Positions 1-8,112 of a stretch of 12,834 bases of DNA are shown here, one piece after another. The stretch lies in the IMG/VR virus record IMGVR_UViG_638341084_000023; one strand, 5' to 3'. Origin of the DNA: a virus. Lineage: Duplodnaviria; Heunggongvirae; Uroviricota; Caudoviricetes. The notes below the pieces were generated by a model. That model was not told the DNA's origin, searched no databases, and was given only the letters and a program-made list of their open reading frames with translations. The stretch's first letter is position 1. The number at the start of each line of letters is the position of its first letter. The position numbers and the translations under genes are program-made.

Positions 1-138
1 CACCTCTATCGACTGACGGGGCGCGATGTTCTCCGTTATCGCCGTAAAAACTTCGATTTGATGACCGGTCTGGCCGTTGCCACTGCGCTCGGTCTGATCA
101 TCACTTTCATTCTCCTTGTTGCGAGGACCACAGTATGA
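1..138 (+). CDS. 3' end of an upstream gene (partial); hydrophobic C-terminal segment
   Basis: Frame 1 is open from base 1 to a TGA at 136-138 and ends ...[25 protein letters not shown]. The stop overlaps the next ATG (ATGA at 135-138), suggesting translational coupling. Could instead be a 25-aa peptide starting at the ATG at 61. Confidence 0.3.
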   Translation, partial: HLYRLTGRDVLRYRRKNFDLMTGLAVATALGLIITFILLVARTTV

Positions 139-1037
139 GTTTAGAAACCAGTCTCGAACTTAATAATCAACTTCTGGCACAACATAATGCGCTGCTTGAA
201 CGTCTTATCCGCACAATGGCATCAGGTATTGTTATGCATCCTGACACGATTTCACGAGTGCAGGAATGTCGGGATACAGCAACTGAAACTGAAAATATGT
301 CAGCGGCAATGACACTGGATGATCTGGAGTTCAGCGACGTTATCGCACTGGCTGGTTTCTACCCGGTAGCCACCCCTATCACAGAAGACATGCTGCAACG
401 TGCTGTTGCCTACCGTGATGCTGAAGGCGATAAACGAGTAGTTCAGATTGATCCTCTCGACAGCGCATTGCAGGGCGTCAAACGAGCCAGGGCACTGCAT
501 AAACCCGCTCTTCTGGACCTGTCCCGTAACATTCTTAAGTTCTGGGACGACCTGCCAACCATCGGCGAGCGACGTGCTTTTGCCGAGCAACTACTTGATG
601 CACCTGCAGATGGGCGTGATGAAGTTAAGCCGAAAAAGGCCAGTAACAAAGATGGAGAACGCACGGGGCCGTTTTACGTCAAAAATGTATCCGGCACAGC
701 AGCCAGTGAACTCCACACCTTACGCAAGTTGAACGAGATGCTTAAAAAAGGCCATATCGAGATCAACCGTGTTGAGTACCTTCAGCTGCAGGAAGAATTT
801 GCACGCAGAGACGCAGCAAATTCCAGCCAGAATAATGACGCCAAAGATGACCATACAATTGATTTCGCGGCACTACGCAAACAAGCTGAAGGGTTGATCC
901 TCCAGTTAGCAAAAGGGGGTTACCGGGCAGAAGCTATTGCAATTCTGGAAAAACAGGGAGCCAGGAAACTTGGTGAAGTAACGGATGAAAATCTCGCTGA
1001 AGTAATCACCCTGGCTGAAAAAGCACTGGAGGGTTAA
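135..1037 (+). CDS. hypothetical phage protein, first gene of the replication-module operon in this window
   Basis: 300-codon ORF, tightly packed with the next gene (stop 1035-1037, next ATG at 1040). No motif I can assign; N-terminal region looks coiled-coil-like. Confidence 0.7.
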   Translation: MSLETSLELNNQLLAQHNALLERLIRTMASGIVMHPDTISRVQECRDTATETENMSAAMTLDDLEFSDVIALAGFYPVATPITEDMLQRAVAYRDAEGDKRVVQIDPLDSALQGVKRARALHKPALLDLSRNILKFWDDLPTIGERRAFAEQLLDAPADGRDEVKPKKASNKDGERTGPFYVKNVSGTAASELHTLRKLNEMLKKGHIEINRVEYLQLQEEFARRDAANSSQNNDAKDDHTIDFAALRKQAEGLILQLAKGGYRAEAIAILEKQGARKLGEVTDENLAEVITLAEKALEG

Positions 1038-1039
1038 TC

Positions 1040-2341
1040 ATGCCAGACGTTCATGCACAACTTTCTCCATCATCAGCGCATCGATGGATGCGCTGCCCAG
1101 GAAGTCTGGCGCTGGAGGCCACACAACCGGATAAAGAAACAACTTTTGCAATCGAGGGCACTGCAGCGCACGCGCTTGCTGAAAAAGTTCTACGAAACAG
1201 GCAAAGCCACCCGGAACACTACGCCGGATGCAATGTTTCTATGTTTCTCGGCTCATACCCCCTTCGCGAAAATCCTGATGATACATCTGGCCCACAGGTG
1301 GATGATGAAATGGTCGAAGCCGTTGGCCGGTATGTTGATACGGTCTGGACTCTTGCACAGAATAATGAACTATTGGTTGAACAACGTGTTGATTTCTCAC
1401 ATATAACGGGGGTGGAAGAATCTTTCGGAACTGCCGACGGCATAATCATCGCTGGTAACGAATTACAAATCCACGACCTGAAATATGGCAAAGGCGTCCG
1501 CATTGATGCAGAACAAAATGAGCAACTACAACTGTATGCTCTGGGTGCGCTCGAACAATTCAGCATGCTGTATGACTTTGAGACTGTAAGATTATTTATT
1601 CACCAGCCAAGGCTCAACCACGTTTCAGAATGGTCGTTAACCGTACAGGAACTTCAGTCTTTCGGTGAACGGGCACAGGAGGCCGCAACCAGTGCGATCC
1701 TTGTTCTCAATATTGCTGAATGCGAAGGCATTGAGACACTACCGCTGGAAAACTTCATACCTGGAGAAAAACAGTGCCGCTTCTGTAAAGCAAAAGCTAT
1801 TTGCACTGCCCAGAAAATGCAGCATTTACAAACAGCGGCCAGCGATTTTGAAGATCTGACAAAGCCTGTCAGCGAAATAATCACCAATGCCAGCGCACGT
1901 GTACCTCTGTTAACCATTGAGCAGCTTGCGGAGATCTATAGCCAGGCCGACTTTATTGAATCCTGGCTAAAGGCAGTACGGGACCGGGTTCACAATGAAC
2001 TCAATGCCGGACATCCGGTACCGGGGTTTAAACTGGTAACAGGAAAACAAGGTAACCGGGCCTGGAGTGATGAAGAGGCAGCTCGCGCACTTCTGAAGGA
2101 CCAGTTCAGGTACAAAACTGAAGAAGTATTCGACTTTAAACTTATTAGTCCCACAAAAGCCGAAAAACTTATCAAAAAGGCCAGTCCACGCCGTTGGTCA
2201 AAAGTCGAGGCACTGATAACACGAGCTGATGGTAAACCAACCGTCATTCCCGAGTCAGACCCACGCCCCGCACTCAATATCAACCCTGTAAATGATTTCG
2301 ACGACGTATCCGACGATACGCTAACCGCAGACCTCATCTGA
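1040..2341 (+). CDS. PD-(D/E)XK nuclease, DUF2800-type (Cas4/RecB-like phage exonuclease)
   Basis: N-terminal [15 protein letters not shown] is the signature I associate with DUF2800. Nuclease core D...IHDLKYGKG (D/E-x-K). Four cysteines arranged as one N-terminal Cys (RCPGS) plus [10 protein letters not shown] (C-x2-C-x5-C), as in Fe-S cluster Cas4/AddB-type nucleases. Confidence 0.8.
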   Translation: MPDVHAQLSPSSAHRWMRCPGSLALEATQPDKETTFAIEGTAAHALAEKVLRNRQSHPEHYAGCNVSMFLGSYPLRENPDDTSGPQVDDEMVEAVGRYVDTVWTLAQNNELLVEQRVDFSHITGVEESFGTADGIIIAGNELQIHDLKYGKGVRIDAEQNEQLQLYALGALEQFSMLYDFETVRLFIHQPRLNHVSEWSLTVQELQSFGERAQEAATSAILVLNIAECEGIETLPLENFIPGEKQCRFCKAKAICTAQKMQHLQTAASDFEDLTKPVSEIITNASARVPLLTIEQLAEIYSQADFIESWLKAVRDRVHNELNAGHPVPGFKLVTGKQGNRAWSDEEAARALLKDQFRYKTEEVFDFKLISPTKAEKLIKKASPRRWSKVEALITRADGKPTVIPESDPRPALNINPVNDFDDVSDDTLTADLI

Positions 2342-2356
2342 TTTAAGGAAATACCC

Positions 2357-2905
2357 ATGAAACTGAAGCTGAACAATGTTCGTCTGGCCTTCCCGTCTCT
2401 GTTTGAAGCTAAAACTGTAAACGGCGAAGGCGATCCGCGTTTCTCCGCAGTATTTTTAATGTCTCCCAAACACCCACAACTGGAAGAAATCCGTAAAGCT
2501 ATGAAGCAGGTAGCGAAGGAAAAATGGGGAGAGAAGTGGGAGCCCATTTATAACCAGCTGGAGAAAAAACTCAATCTGTGCCTGCATGATGGTGATGAAA
2601 AAGCAGAGTATGAAGGCTTCCCCGGTAATTTCTTCCTGAATGCTGCTAACAAAGCGCGCCCAGCTGTTCTTGATCGCGATCGTTCGCCACTTATTCAGGC
2701 TGACGGACGTCCCTATGCAGGGTGCTATGTAAACGCCGTTATCGATATCTGGGCACAGGACAATAATTTCGGTAAACGCATTAATGCCTCACTCGGCGGA
2801 GTCCAGTTCCTGCGAGACGGCGATGCATTCGCTGGCGGCGGAGTGGCAAGCGCTGACGATTTCGACGATATCAGCGAAGGTGCTGATGCTGAAGCACTAA
2901 TTTAA
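2357..2905 (+). CDS. phage single-strand DNA-binding protein, DUF2815 / T7 gp2.5-like
   Basis: Starts MKLKLNNVRLAFPSLFE, typical of DUF2815. Ends in an acidic tail with aromatic residues (DDFDDISEGADAEALI), as in gp2.5-type SSBs. AAGGAA Shine-Dalgarno about 8 nt upstream. Sits immediately after the DUF2800 gene, the usual gene order. Confidence 0.7.
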   Translation: MKLKLNNVRLAFPSLFEAKTVNGEGDPRFSAVFLMSPKHPQLEEIRKAMKQVAKEKWGEKWEPIYNQLEKKLNLCLHDGDEKAEYEGFPGNFFLNAANKARPAVLDRDRSPLIQADGRPYAGCYVNAVIDIWAQDNNFGKRINASLGGVQFLRDGDAFAGGGVASADDFDDISEGADAEALI

Positions 2906-2920
2906 CCCTACTTCATAGAC

Positions 2921-2939
2921 GCCCGGTTAAACACCGGGC
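2921..2939. terminator. hairpin between convergent genes; possible bidirectional terminator
   Basis: Perfect 7-bp inverted repeat GCCCGGT / ACCGGGC around a 5-nt loop, between the stop of the SSB gene (2903-2905) and the stop of the minus-strand membrane gene (2958-2960). No clean U-tract on either strand, so function is uncertain. Confidence 0.3.
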
Positions 2940-2957
2940 TACTGATTAGGCGTATAA

Positions 2958-3587
2958 TCACTCAGGAATCTTAATCTTTCTCAATTCTTTATTTAGTTCA
3001 CAGATCTTTTTCTTAGACGGGAAAGTATCATACATCCAAAAACCAACAGTCTCTAAAACTATTATCATAACCATATACACAAGATAATTTAAAAGGCCTT
3101 CATTTTGCCCTATGGAAATAATGCAGATAATAGAAAAAAGGGTAAACAGCACAAAACACAGAAAGGAAAACAGACGACTAATAATAAATAAAAAACCTGA
3201 AAAATCAACATTAATAAAAAACACTCCGTTATCTTTCTCTATATAATTCTGAAGCTTAATCAACTGATTTATATACTGTCTTTTTTCTAATCTATTGCAA
3301 ATGTAAATAACATCTCTTCGGTTATAAGATGATTGCAATTTCAGCGCATCACGAATAATTTTATCATTTATTCTTTTTTCTATGGCACTCTTATCCTCCT
3401 CATCCAGATAACGTTCATACTTAACTAAATATAAAATTAACTTCTTAACATATTTAGGCTCTTTATACTTATAATTAAAAATGATCTTTCTTATCCAGAC
3501 TCCCATAACAATCAAACATGAAAAAATATATCCAGCTATTTTCTCCAGATGCTCTGTATGGTCAATCAAGTATTGGATCATATGCAT
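2958..3587 (-). CDS. AT-rich accessory (moron-like) gene; predicted membrane protein of unknown function
   Basis: 209-codon ORF in a region that is visibly much more AT-rich than its flanks, where stop codons would be frequent by chance. Encoded opposite to the surrounding operon. Hydrophobic segments near the N-terminus (IAGYIFSCLIVMGVWI) and two near the C-terminus (FLFIISRLFSFLCFVLFTLFSIICIISIG, LLNYLVYMVMIIVLETVGFWMY), with a K/E/Y-rich soluble middle. Confidence 0.6.
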   Translation of the reverse strand: MHMIQYLIDHTEHLEKIAGYIFSCLIVMGVWIRKIIFNYKYKEPKYVKKLILYLVKYERYLDEEDKSAIEKRINDKIIRDALKLQSSYNRRDVIYICNRLEKRQYINQLIKLQNYIEKDNGVFFINVDFSGFLFIISRLFSFLCFVLFTLFSIICIISIGQNEGLLNYLVYMVMIIVLETVGFWMYDTFPSKKKICELNKELRKIKIPE

Positions 3588-3633
3588 AATTAATCTTTTA
3601 ATCAGTTAATAGAATAAAAACCAAGGTAAACAC

Positions 3634-5697
3634 ATGTCCAATATACTATGGGGCGACCTGGAAACCTATTGCGAAATCCCTATTACGAACGGTACCCATG
3701 CGTATGCCGAAGGCGTTGAAGTGATGCTTTTCGCATGGGCTATCAACGACGGGCCAGTAAACGTGTGGGATATCACTGCCGGTGGTGGTATTCCACACGG
3801 CTTATACGAAGCAATCGCAGACCCTGAAACCCTGCTTTATTTCCATAACTCTCACTTCGACCGCACCGTTCTGCGTTATGCAATGCCGCGCCTGGCACCG
3901 CCAGTCGAACGTTGGCGCGACACAATGGTGCAGGCGCTGGCGCACGGTCTCCCGGGGTCTCTGGGGGAACTCTGCGAAGTACTAGGCGTCCCGCAAGACA
4001 AAGCGAAGGACAAAGAAGGTAAAGCGCTGATCCAGCTGTTCTGTAAGCCACGCCCGAAAAACAGCAAACTGCGCCGGGCCACCAGCAAAACCCACCCGGA
4101 AGAATGGCGGCGCTTTGTTGCTTACGCCGGACTGGATATCGAGGCAATGCGCGAAGTCTATAAACGTCTGCCGAAGTGGAATTATCAGGGGACAGAACTG
4201 GCGCTCTGGCATCGTGATCAGCAGATCAATGACCGGGGCGTCTGCATGGACGTGGAACTCGCACGCGCTGCGATCGACGCGGTAGACCAGGAACAAAAGC
4301 GCCTGGCAAAGCGTACACAGGAAATGACTGATGGCGAAGTGCAGGCAGCCACACAACGAGACGCGTTGATTAAGCACATTGTTGAATCCTACGGTGTGGA
4401 GCTACCAGACATGCAACGCAGTACTCTGGAACGTCGTATTGCCGACCCCGATTTACCATCTGCCGTGAAAGAACTGCTGGCTATCCGCCTGCAGGCCAGT
4501 ACTACCAGCACCAGTAAATACAAGGCACTGATGAAAGGCGTAAGCCACGACGGGCGCTTACGCGGTACGCTACAGTTCTGCGGGGCGTCACGTACCGGTC
4601 GTTGGGCCGGACGGCTATTCCAGCCCCAGAACCTTCCCCGCCCTTCACTAAAACAGGAACAAATAGACGAAGGCATCGAAGCACTGAAAGCCGGATGTGC
4701 AGACCTGCTGTTTGACAATATCATGGAACTAACCAGTTCAGCGTTACGTGGCTGCATTATCGCGCCAACAGGCAAAAAGCTGGTGGTAAGTGACTTGTCG
4801 AACATTGAAGGCCGTATGCTGGCATGGCTGGCGGGAGAAGAATGGAAACTGAATGCATTCAGAGAGTACGACGCCGGAACGGGTCCGGACTTATATAAAC
4901 TGGCGTATGCAAAAGCTTTCGATATTGCACCAGATGATGTTGATAAACACATGCGTCAGATCGGTAAAGTCATGGAACTCGGTCTGGGTTATGGTGGTGG
5001 TGTGTCGGCCTTCATCACTTTTGCACTGGTTTACGGTCTCGATCTCGACGAGCTGGCGAACGCCGCACTACCAAACATTCCCCGCGATGTTATCCGCGAG
5101 GCGAAAAGCTGGTACGACGAATCGGTTAAACGCAAGTCAACCTACGGGCTTTCTGAACGGGTATTTATCGCCTGCGACTCACTTAAACGTCTCTGGCGCC
5201 GGGCGCATCCCGCGACCTGTGATTTCTGGTACGAACTGGAGCGCACCGTCCGCACTGCAATCGCCACACCGCAAAAAACATTGTATTGCGGTTATCTTAA
5301 AATCCGCCGCGATGGCGCGTGGCTGCGCATACAGCTACCATCCGGACGCGCTGTATGCTACCCGTCTCCGGTTATCGAAAAAGGGAATATCACCTACATG
5401 GGGGTTAACTCTTATTCGCGTAAATGGCAACGACTCAAAACCTACGGCGGAAAGCTGGTGGAGAACATCACCCAGGCGGCCGCCCGCGACATTCTGGCCG
5501 GAAACATGCCGCTTATCGAAGATGCCGGTTACAGCATTGTGCTGACGGTACACAACGAGGTGATCACCGAAGCACCTGACACAGAAGATTTCAACGATAA
5601 AGCGCTTTCCGCGCTTCTCTCCACTGACCCCGAATGGGCGCCCGATATCCCACTGAACGCTGGCGGTTTTGAGGCGTACCACTACAAAAAAGATTGA
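3634..5697 (+). CDS. family A DNA polymerase with 3'-5' proofreading exonuclease domain (phage type)
   Basis: Exo I GDLETYCE (D-x-E), Exo II HNSHFD, Exo III YAGLD. Polymerase motif [15 protein letters not shown] (compare DYSQIELR), motif [17 protein letters not shown] (R-x3-K-x7-YG). Motif C reads VHNEV where HDE is expected. AAGG Shine-Dalgarno upstream. Confidence 0.9.
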   Translation: MSNILWGDLETYCEIPITNGTHAYAEGVEVMLFAWAINDGPVNVWDITAGGGIPHGLYEAIADPETLLYFHNSHFDRTVLRYAMPRLAPPVERWRDTMVQALAHGLPGSLGELCEVLGVPQDKAKDKEGKALIQLFCKPRPKNSKLRRATSKTHPEEWRRFVAYAGLDIEAMREVYKRLPKWNYQGTELALWHRDQQINDRGVCMDVELARAAIDAVDQEQKRLAKRTQEMTDGEVQAATQRDALIKHIVESYGVELPDMQRSTLERRIADPDLPSAVKELLAIRLQASTTSTSKYKALMKGVSHDGRLRGTLQFCGASRTGRWAGRLFQPQNLPRPSLKQEQIDEGIEALKAGCADLLFDNIMELTSSALRGCIIAPTGKKLVVSDLSNIEGRMLAWLAGEEWKLNAFREYDAGTGPDLYKLAYAKAFDIAPDDVDKHMRQIGKVMELGLGYGGGVSAFITFALVYGLDLDELANAALPNIPRDVIREAKSWYDESVKRKSTYGLSERVFIACDSLKRLWRRAHPATCDFWYELERTVRTAIATPQKTLYCGYLKIRRDGAWLRIQLPSGRAVCYPSPVIEKGNITYMGVNSYSRKWQRLKTYGGKLVENITQAAARDILAGNMPLIEDAGYSIVLTVHNEVITEAPDTEDFNDKALSALLSTDPEWAPDIPLNAGGFEAYHYKKD

Positions 5698-5761
5698 TAT
5701 AACTCACCTTATCGAGCTATGGCGACATGCTGAATTCGAGTAAATTAAAGGAACAATACTT

Positions 5762-6523
5762 ATGCAGGAACTAACTGAAATGCCGATCACCTATCCATAC
5801 CCGAGAGAAACTTTTCCTGACTTTTTGAGGGAGTGTGGGTTCACCAATTTTTCCCACGAACAGCGTGAGACTTGTGACTGCTATCGTTTAACGAATGGCG
5901 TAATTGTTAACCTTTACACCACCCGGACCATTCAGTTTCAAGGTAACCCTCAAGAACGTCCCAATGTTGAAACTGCAATAATGACCCATTTAGGAACGCC
6001 GCCCACGGCAACACCACTAGCCGTAGAACAGCCATCTGAGCTCCCCAAAAAGATATTCATTGTTCACGGCCATGACCATACTGCAAAGGAGCAACTTGAG
6101 CTAATCCTTCATAAACTTGGATTACCAGACCATTTCATTTTGCAGAATACGGGAGGGACTGGACTCACCATTATTGAAGAGCTTGAACGTGAAATTGGGC
6201 AAGGACAAACTGCTACCCGTTTCGGGATTGTTCTTTTGACACCTGATGATATGGGATACTCAAAGCGCGCCGGTGAAGCAGAAATCCAACCCCGCGCAAG
6301 ACAGAACGTTGTACTCGAGATGGGTATGCTTCTTTCGTCCTTAGGGCGCAGCAATGTAGCAATCCTTCAGAAACAGCACCTAGAACAGCCTTCTGATGCT
6401 AACGGGATTTTGTATCTGAATTTCAACGACCATGTACGTGAAACAGTTCCTCGTCTAGTGCAACGGTTACAAAATTCTGGTTTCGAATTTACACAAGCTC
6501 AAATAGCTAACGCTTCCTCGTAA
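5762..6523 (+). CDS. two-domain protein: unknown Cys-containing N-terminal domain (about 95 aa) plus C-terminal TIR-like Rossmann nucleotide-binding domain; candidate defence effector
   Basis: C-terminal domain carries KKIFIVHGHD ... GIVLLTPDDMGY ... RARQNVVLEMGMLLSSLGRSNVAIL ... PSDANGILY. This matches my recollection of the TIR-like domain family (COG4271-type, as in CBASS Cap12 and TIR-STING TIR domains). Own AAAGGAA Shine-Dalgarno, own downstream terminator, and visibly lower GC and different codon choice than neighbours. Not verified by search. Confidence 0.55.
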   Translation: MQELTEMPITYPYPRETFPDFLRECGFTNFSHEQRETCDCYRLTNGVIVNLYTTRTIQFQGNPQERPNVETAIMTHLGTPPTATPLAVEQPSELPKKIFIVHGHDHTAKEQLELILHKLGLPDHFILQNTGGTGLTIIEELEREIGQGQTATRFGIVLLTPDDMGYSKRAGEAEIQPRARQNVVLEMGMLLSSLGRSNVAILQKQHLEQPSDANGILYLNFNDHVRETVPRLVQRLQNSGFEFTQAQIANASS

Positions 6524-6546
6524 TTACCCCTTATTGTTGATTACAA

Positions 6547-6570
6547 CCCTGCATCGCGGGGTTTTTTATT
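6547..6570 (+). terminator. rho-independent terminator after the TIR-like gene
   Basis: GC-rich hairpin CCCTGC-atc-GCGGGG (one G-U pair) directly followed by TTTTTTATTT, about 25 bp after the stop at 6521-6523. Confidence 0.5.
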
Positions 6571-6602
6571 TGGGAATAAAAACCCTATGTCATTTAAATA
6601 CC

Positions 6603-6664
6603 GGGACAGTCCGCTTTATTACCGGACTGTGCGGGAGGCTTTGCACCTTGAACAGTCCGGCGGG
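6603..6664. promoter_or_regulatory. three copies of an ACAGTCCG(G) motif (direct, inverted, direct) in the 234-bp intergenic region; candidate operator or iteron set
   Basis: GGGACAGTCCG at 6603-6613, CCGGACTGT at 6622-6630 (reverse complement) and ACAGTCCGG at 6652-6660. Copies 2 and 3 form a perfect 9-bp inverted repeat separated by 21 bp. Lies upstream of the strong-RBS gene at 6758. Confidence 0.3.
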
Positions 6665-6757
6665 TACGACCGGGCGATGCAGGTCTGGGCCAAAGCGAAC
6701 GTCGGTTTGATTTTTGTCTGATGCAGAACATGCGCGAAAAGCGTAAGGAGGTGGACG

Positions 6758-6952
6758 ATGTCTAATATCGATAATAAGGGTTGGGGGTTCCCCGCTCTGT
6801 CAAAAAAAGCACATTTCTTTAATTCGGGGGAAGCCATATCACTATGCGGAAAATGGATGTTCATAGGTATCAGGATTGATGAATGGCATGACCATCCTGA
6901 GAACTGCGCTATCTGCATGAAGAAACGCAAAAAGCAGGAAGGCGAAAGCTAA
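6758..6952 (+). CDS. small Cys/His-containing protein (possible zinc-ribbon), unknown function
   Basis: Strong AAGGAGGT Shine-Dalgarno 5 nt upstream of the ATG. Residues C30, H44, H46, C51, C54 (CGKW...HDHPENCAIC). Stop overlaps the next ATG (TAATG), suggesting coupling to the VRR-NUC gene. Confidence 0.5.
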   Translation: MSNIDNKGWGFPALSKKAHFFNSGEAISLCGKWMFIGIRIDEWHDHPENCAICMKKRKKQEGES

Positions 6953-7239
6953 TGGCCTATGAACGTGAAAACCTAATCGAAAAGCACCTCGTCGCTGAAG
7001 TAAAAAAGGCTGGCGGGGTTGCCTTTAAGTTCGTATCCCCCGGTCGCCGCTCGGTACCAGATCGCATTGTTCTGCTACCCGGCGGTCGTATCATTTTCGT
7101 TGAATGTAAATCCCCCGGCAAGCCACCACGGCCTGACCAGTTGCGCGAACACGGACGGTTGCGCGCGCTGGGCTTTACCGTAGTGGTGCTGGATAGCAAA
7201 AATCTGGAGGCCATTATTTTAAGCCGCAATAAAGGATAA
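6952..7239 (+). CDS. VRR-NUC domain nuclease (PD-(D/E)XK fold)
   Basis: About 95 aa with VPDRIVLLPGGRIIFVECKSPG (PD...E-x-K) followed by Q...G, the layout of VRR-NUC. This family is classically linked to SNF2 helicases in phages, and one lies downstream. Confidence 0.7.
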   Translation: MAYERENLIEKHLVAEVKKAGGVAFKFVSPGRRSVPDRIVLLPGGRIIFVECKSPGKPPRPDQLREHGRLRALGFTVVVLDSKNLEAIILSRNKG

Positions 7240-7251
7240 AAGACTTATGCT

Positions 7252-8049
7252 TTAATCCGTATTTTTAACACGTATTTCGAAACACCCTTTTAATTTAGCT
7301 ATTTCCTTTTTAGAGGACATGATTGTGAATCTCATCCCTTTTAAATCATTAACAAATTCAAATTTTGCGCTATTTGACTCACAATCACCAACAACAAAAC
7401 CACTACCAAATGAATTGAGCAACACTTTAGTATTACTACCATCTACCATATAATATTCGTTATTTTTAAATGCAGTAACCTTCCCGAATGTATAGCTCAA
7501 TATCAACAACGTTATCACCCCTAAAGGAAAAGCTGACTTTAGGATTTTTAAATCGATATAATAAAATACGTTCTTATACTCTGCAAGCCTCCCAAATTTT
7601 CTAATGCTCTCCATATGATGTTCGTGTCTCTTACTATGGATTGGCATGGACACCACATTGTGATAATTCAACAAAAGCATAGCAAATAATAAAATATCCT
7701 GAACACTCATCACAGAAGTTTCGGAGAAATAACCAAAAGGCCAATGAAATCCTATTATACAAATATTAGCCATTAGCATAACAACTATAAATACAATAAA
7801 TGGAACATAATATTTCCCTTTCAAATCAAACATCAACGCCGCATATAAGGCGCCGAGAAATAAAAAACTAAAAAACAAAAGCCACACAGCCGAATACAAT
7901 AGCGTATTTAAGTCTATTTTAATAAAAAGGTCTGGATAGCCATAATACGATGCAACACCTTTCTGAAAAGAATATGCCATCGCATAAGCTAACGCTGAAA
8001 ACATAGTTAATAAAGAAACTTGCTTTGTAAATATTTTCGCCAGGGGCAT
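7252..8049 (-). CDS. AT-rich accessory (moron-like) gene; polytopic membrane protein with C-terminal soluble domain, unknown function
   Basis: 265-codon ORF in a second strongly AT-rich block, opposite strand to the operon. About five hydrophobic helices in residues 10-190, then a soluble C-terminal region of about 70 aa. GGAGG Shine-Dalgarno 5 nt upstream of the ATG on the minus strand. Confidence 0.6.
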   Translation of the reverse strand: MPLAKIFTKQVSLLTMFSALAYAMAYSFQKGVASYYGYPDLFIKIDLNTLLYSAVWLLFFSFLFLGALYAALMFDLKGKYYVPFIVFIVVMLMANICIIGFHWPFGYFSETSVMSVQDILLFAMLLLNYHNVVSMPIHSKRHEHHMESIRKFGRLAEYKNVFYYIDLKILKSAFPLGVITLLILSYTFGKVTAFKNNEYYMVDGSNTKVLLNSFGSGFVVGDCESNSAKFEFVNDLKGMRFTIMSSKKEIAKLKGCFEIRVKNTD

Positions 8050-8065
8050 ACCCGCCTCCGTTAGT

Positions 8066-8083
8066 TATATATATAGAGAGAGA
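8066..8083. repeat. simple-sequence tract (TA)5(GA)4 in the 63-bp divergent intergenic region
   Basis: tatatatata gagagaga read directly, between the start of the minus-strand membrane gene (8049) and the start of the helicase gene (8113). Confidence 0.6.
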
Positions 8084-8112
8084 AGTGACCATATTCTACC
8101 ATAGGTGTATTA

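Noticed and set aside
1990-2547. 185-aa minus-strand ORF overlapping the DUF2800 nuclease and SSB genes
   Set aside because: Lies entirely antisense to two well-supported genes, has no ribosome-binding site, and has a low-complexity Ser/Ala/Arg-rich translation typical of shadow ORFs.
4389-4952. 187-aa minus-strand ORF inside the DNA polymerase gene (also 3773-4147, 3876-4088, 3982-4377 on the minus strand and 4853-5545 on the plus strand)
   Set aside because: All are embedded in, or out of frame with, the polymerase coding region, which carries a full set of conserved motifs. They look like compositional shadows of a GC-rich gene.
5694-5723. Possible sigma70 promoter (TTGATA ... weak -10) upstream of the TIR-like gene
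   Set aside because: The -35-like hexamer overlaps the polymerase stop codon and the best -10 candidates (CTATGG/TATGGC) are poor, so I do not annotate it as a feature. The gene may be read through from the polymerase transcript.
6619-6930. 103-aa minus-strand ORF spanning the intergenic repeat region and the small plus-strand gene
   Set aside because: Overlaps a plus-strand ORF that has a near-consensus Shine-Dalgarno, and runs through the repeat and hairpin region. No ribosome-binding site of its own.
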